Part shown: piece by piece, positions 31,726 through 32,736 of the stretch | How the letters are laid out: each line of letters opens with the position of its first letter | How positions within the stretch are numbered: position 1 is the stretch's first letter | Origin: Bacteroidota bacterium | GTDB taxonomy: Bacteria; Bacteroidota; Bacteroidia; Bacteroidales; UBA12077 | DNA length: 32,736 bases | NCBI GenBank assembly: GCA_051747085.1 | Contig: JBNJFS010000003.1 | Coordinates: 1-32,736, forward strand | Direction of reading: 5' to 3' | Notes under the pieces: model-generated | Told to the model about the DNA's origin: nothing | Seen by the model: the letters and a program-made list of their open reading frames with translations, nothing else | The model's database searches: none | Translations under genes and position numbers: made by a program

Positions 31726-32736
31726 ATGGGATTATTGCTTACTTATTTATTTGTAGCCTTATTTTTTTCATTTTTATGCTCTATACTTGAAGCAGTATTA
31801 TTGAGTATCACCCCAAGTTACATTGCTTCAAAGGCAAAAGAGAATAAAAAATATGCTTTAATACTGCAAAAATACAAAGAAAAGATAGACCTCCCTTTAG
31901 CTGCAATTTTAACCATTAACACATTTGCCCATACCATTGGAGCTGCCGGTGTTGGTGGACAGGTTCAGATATTGTGGGGTAATGAATTTGTTAGTATAGC
32001 TTCAGCTATTTTAACCCTTATAATTTTAATTTTTTCGGAGATAATACCTAAAACAATTGGGGCAAATTACTGGAAACAGCTGGCTCCATTTGCGGCAACC
32101 ACATTAACCATTATGATCTACTCTCCTCTTTATCCTATCATATGGTTAAGTAAATTAATCACCGTTTTATTAAAAAAGAAAAAAAACGAAAGCGTACTTA
32201 GCCGCTCAGAATTTCATGCTATGGCAGAAATTGGAGTGAGAGAAGGAATTTTCAAAGAAGAAGAATCAAAAATTTTAATGAATCTCATGGTTTTTAAACA
32301 TGTCGTGGTAAAGAGTATCATGACACCCCGAACAGTAGTTTTTGCATCTCCAGACAATATTAGCATTAAAGAATTTTATGAACAAACCGAAATCATCCGA
32401 TTTTCCAGAATTCCTGTATTTAAAGAAGATATCGACAACTTTACAGGATATGTTCTAAAAGACGATATAATGCATGCAATCATCGATAAAAAAGACCAGG
32501 TACTTTTAAAGGATATCCGGCGGGAGATAAAAGTGGTTAATGAAAAGATGCCTATTATACGATTGTTTTATAAACTTATTGATGAAAAAGAACATATCGC
32601 TATGGTAGTAGGCGAATATGGTGAAATGGTAGGTATCGTAACCATGGAAGATATTATTGAAACGCTGCTTGGAACAGAAATCATGGATGAGCTTGATAAT
32701 ATTGAAGATATGCAGGAACAAGCAAAAATAATCTGG
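31726..32736 (+). CDS. CNNM/DUF21 plus CBS-pair domain transporter-associated protein (hemolysin family); 3' end beyond window
   Basis: Not in the ORF track. I hand-translated 337 codons from the ATG at 31726 to the window edge and found no stop. MGLLLTYLFVALFFSFLCSILEAVLLS..., EIIPKTIG, IMTPRT, RIPVF, HIAMVVGEYGEMVGIVTMEDIIETLLGTEIMDE are hallmark CNNM/CorC-type motifs. Confidence 0.8.
   Translation, partial: MGLLLTYLFVALFFSFLCSILEAVLLSITPSYIASKAKENKKYALILQKYKEKIDLPLAAILTINTFAHTIGAAGVGGQVQILWGNEFVSIASAILTLIILIFSEIIPKTIGANYWKQLAPFAATTLTIMIYSPLYPIIWLSKLITVLLKKKKNESVLSRSEFHAMAEIGVREGIFKEEESKILMNLMVFKHVVVKSIMTPRTVVFASPDNISIKEFYEQTEIIRFSRIPVFKEDIDNFTGYVLKDDIMHAIIDKKDQVLLKDIRREIKVVNEKMPIIRLFYKLIDEKEHIAMVVGEYGEMVGIVTMEDIIETLLGTEIMDELDNIEDMQEQAKIIW

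Noticed and set aside
1-32736. Mobile elements, prophage remnants, CRISPR arrays, tRNA/rRNA genes and defence islands
   Set aside because: I found no integrase, transposase or recombinase-like ORFs, no regularly spaced direct repeats outside the coding DT-hexad array, no tRNA-like T-arm (GGTTCGAATCC-type) sequences in intergenic gaps, and no nuclease/ATPase/methylase combinations typical of defence systems. This was judged by eye only, and a tRNAscan/Infernal/defence-finder run would be more reliable.

Overview
AT-rich, densely packed chromosomal segment, almost certainly from a member of Bacteroidota. Evidence for that origin: a gldF-gldG gliding-motility ABC pair, DUF4340-, DUF3078- and GIN-type envelope genes, TAnnTTTG -7 promoter boxes 20-35 nt upstream of many start codons, and almost no Shine-Dalgarno sequences. 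I count 34 protein-coding genes, two of them truncated by the window edges and absent from the supplied ORF track. Most are housekeeping: purB, mqnA, dnaN plus a DEDDh exonuclease, gldFG, lpxB-surE, pheT, a macro-domain deacetylase, a UbiA/MqnP-like prenyltransferase, tnaA, a MATE pump and yicC-gmk-nadD. By eye I found no rRNA or tRNA genes, CRISPR arrays, transposases, integrases or other mobile-element signatures. I do not see a clear, self-contained novel system. The least explained stretch is about 20.83-23.58 kb. It holds four uncharacterised ORFs: a 69-aa cytoplasmic protein, a 179-aa signal-anchored protein, a 136-aa glycine-zipper membrane protein and an exported canonical 7-blade WD40 propeller. 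A near-consensus sigma-54 -24/-12 element precedes the block, and it contains the only strong Shine-Dalgarno site in the window. The second item worth follow-up is the 170-180 nt tnaA leader. Its best -7 box sits 27 nt upstream of a 27-codon mini-ORF rather than of tnaA, and that mini-ORF ends inside a small hairpin plus T-run. All family assignments come from reading motifs in the translations, since no database search was possible.
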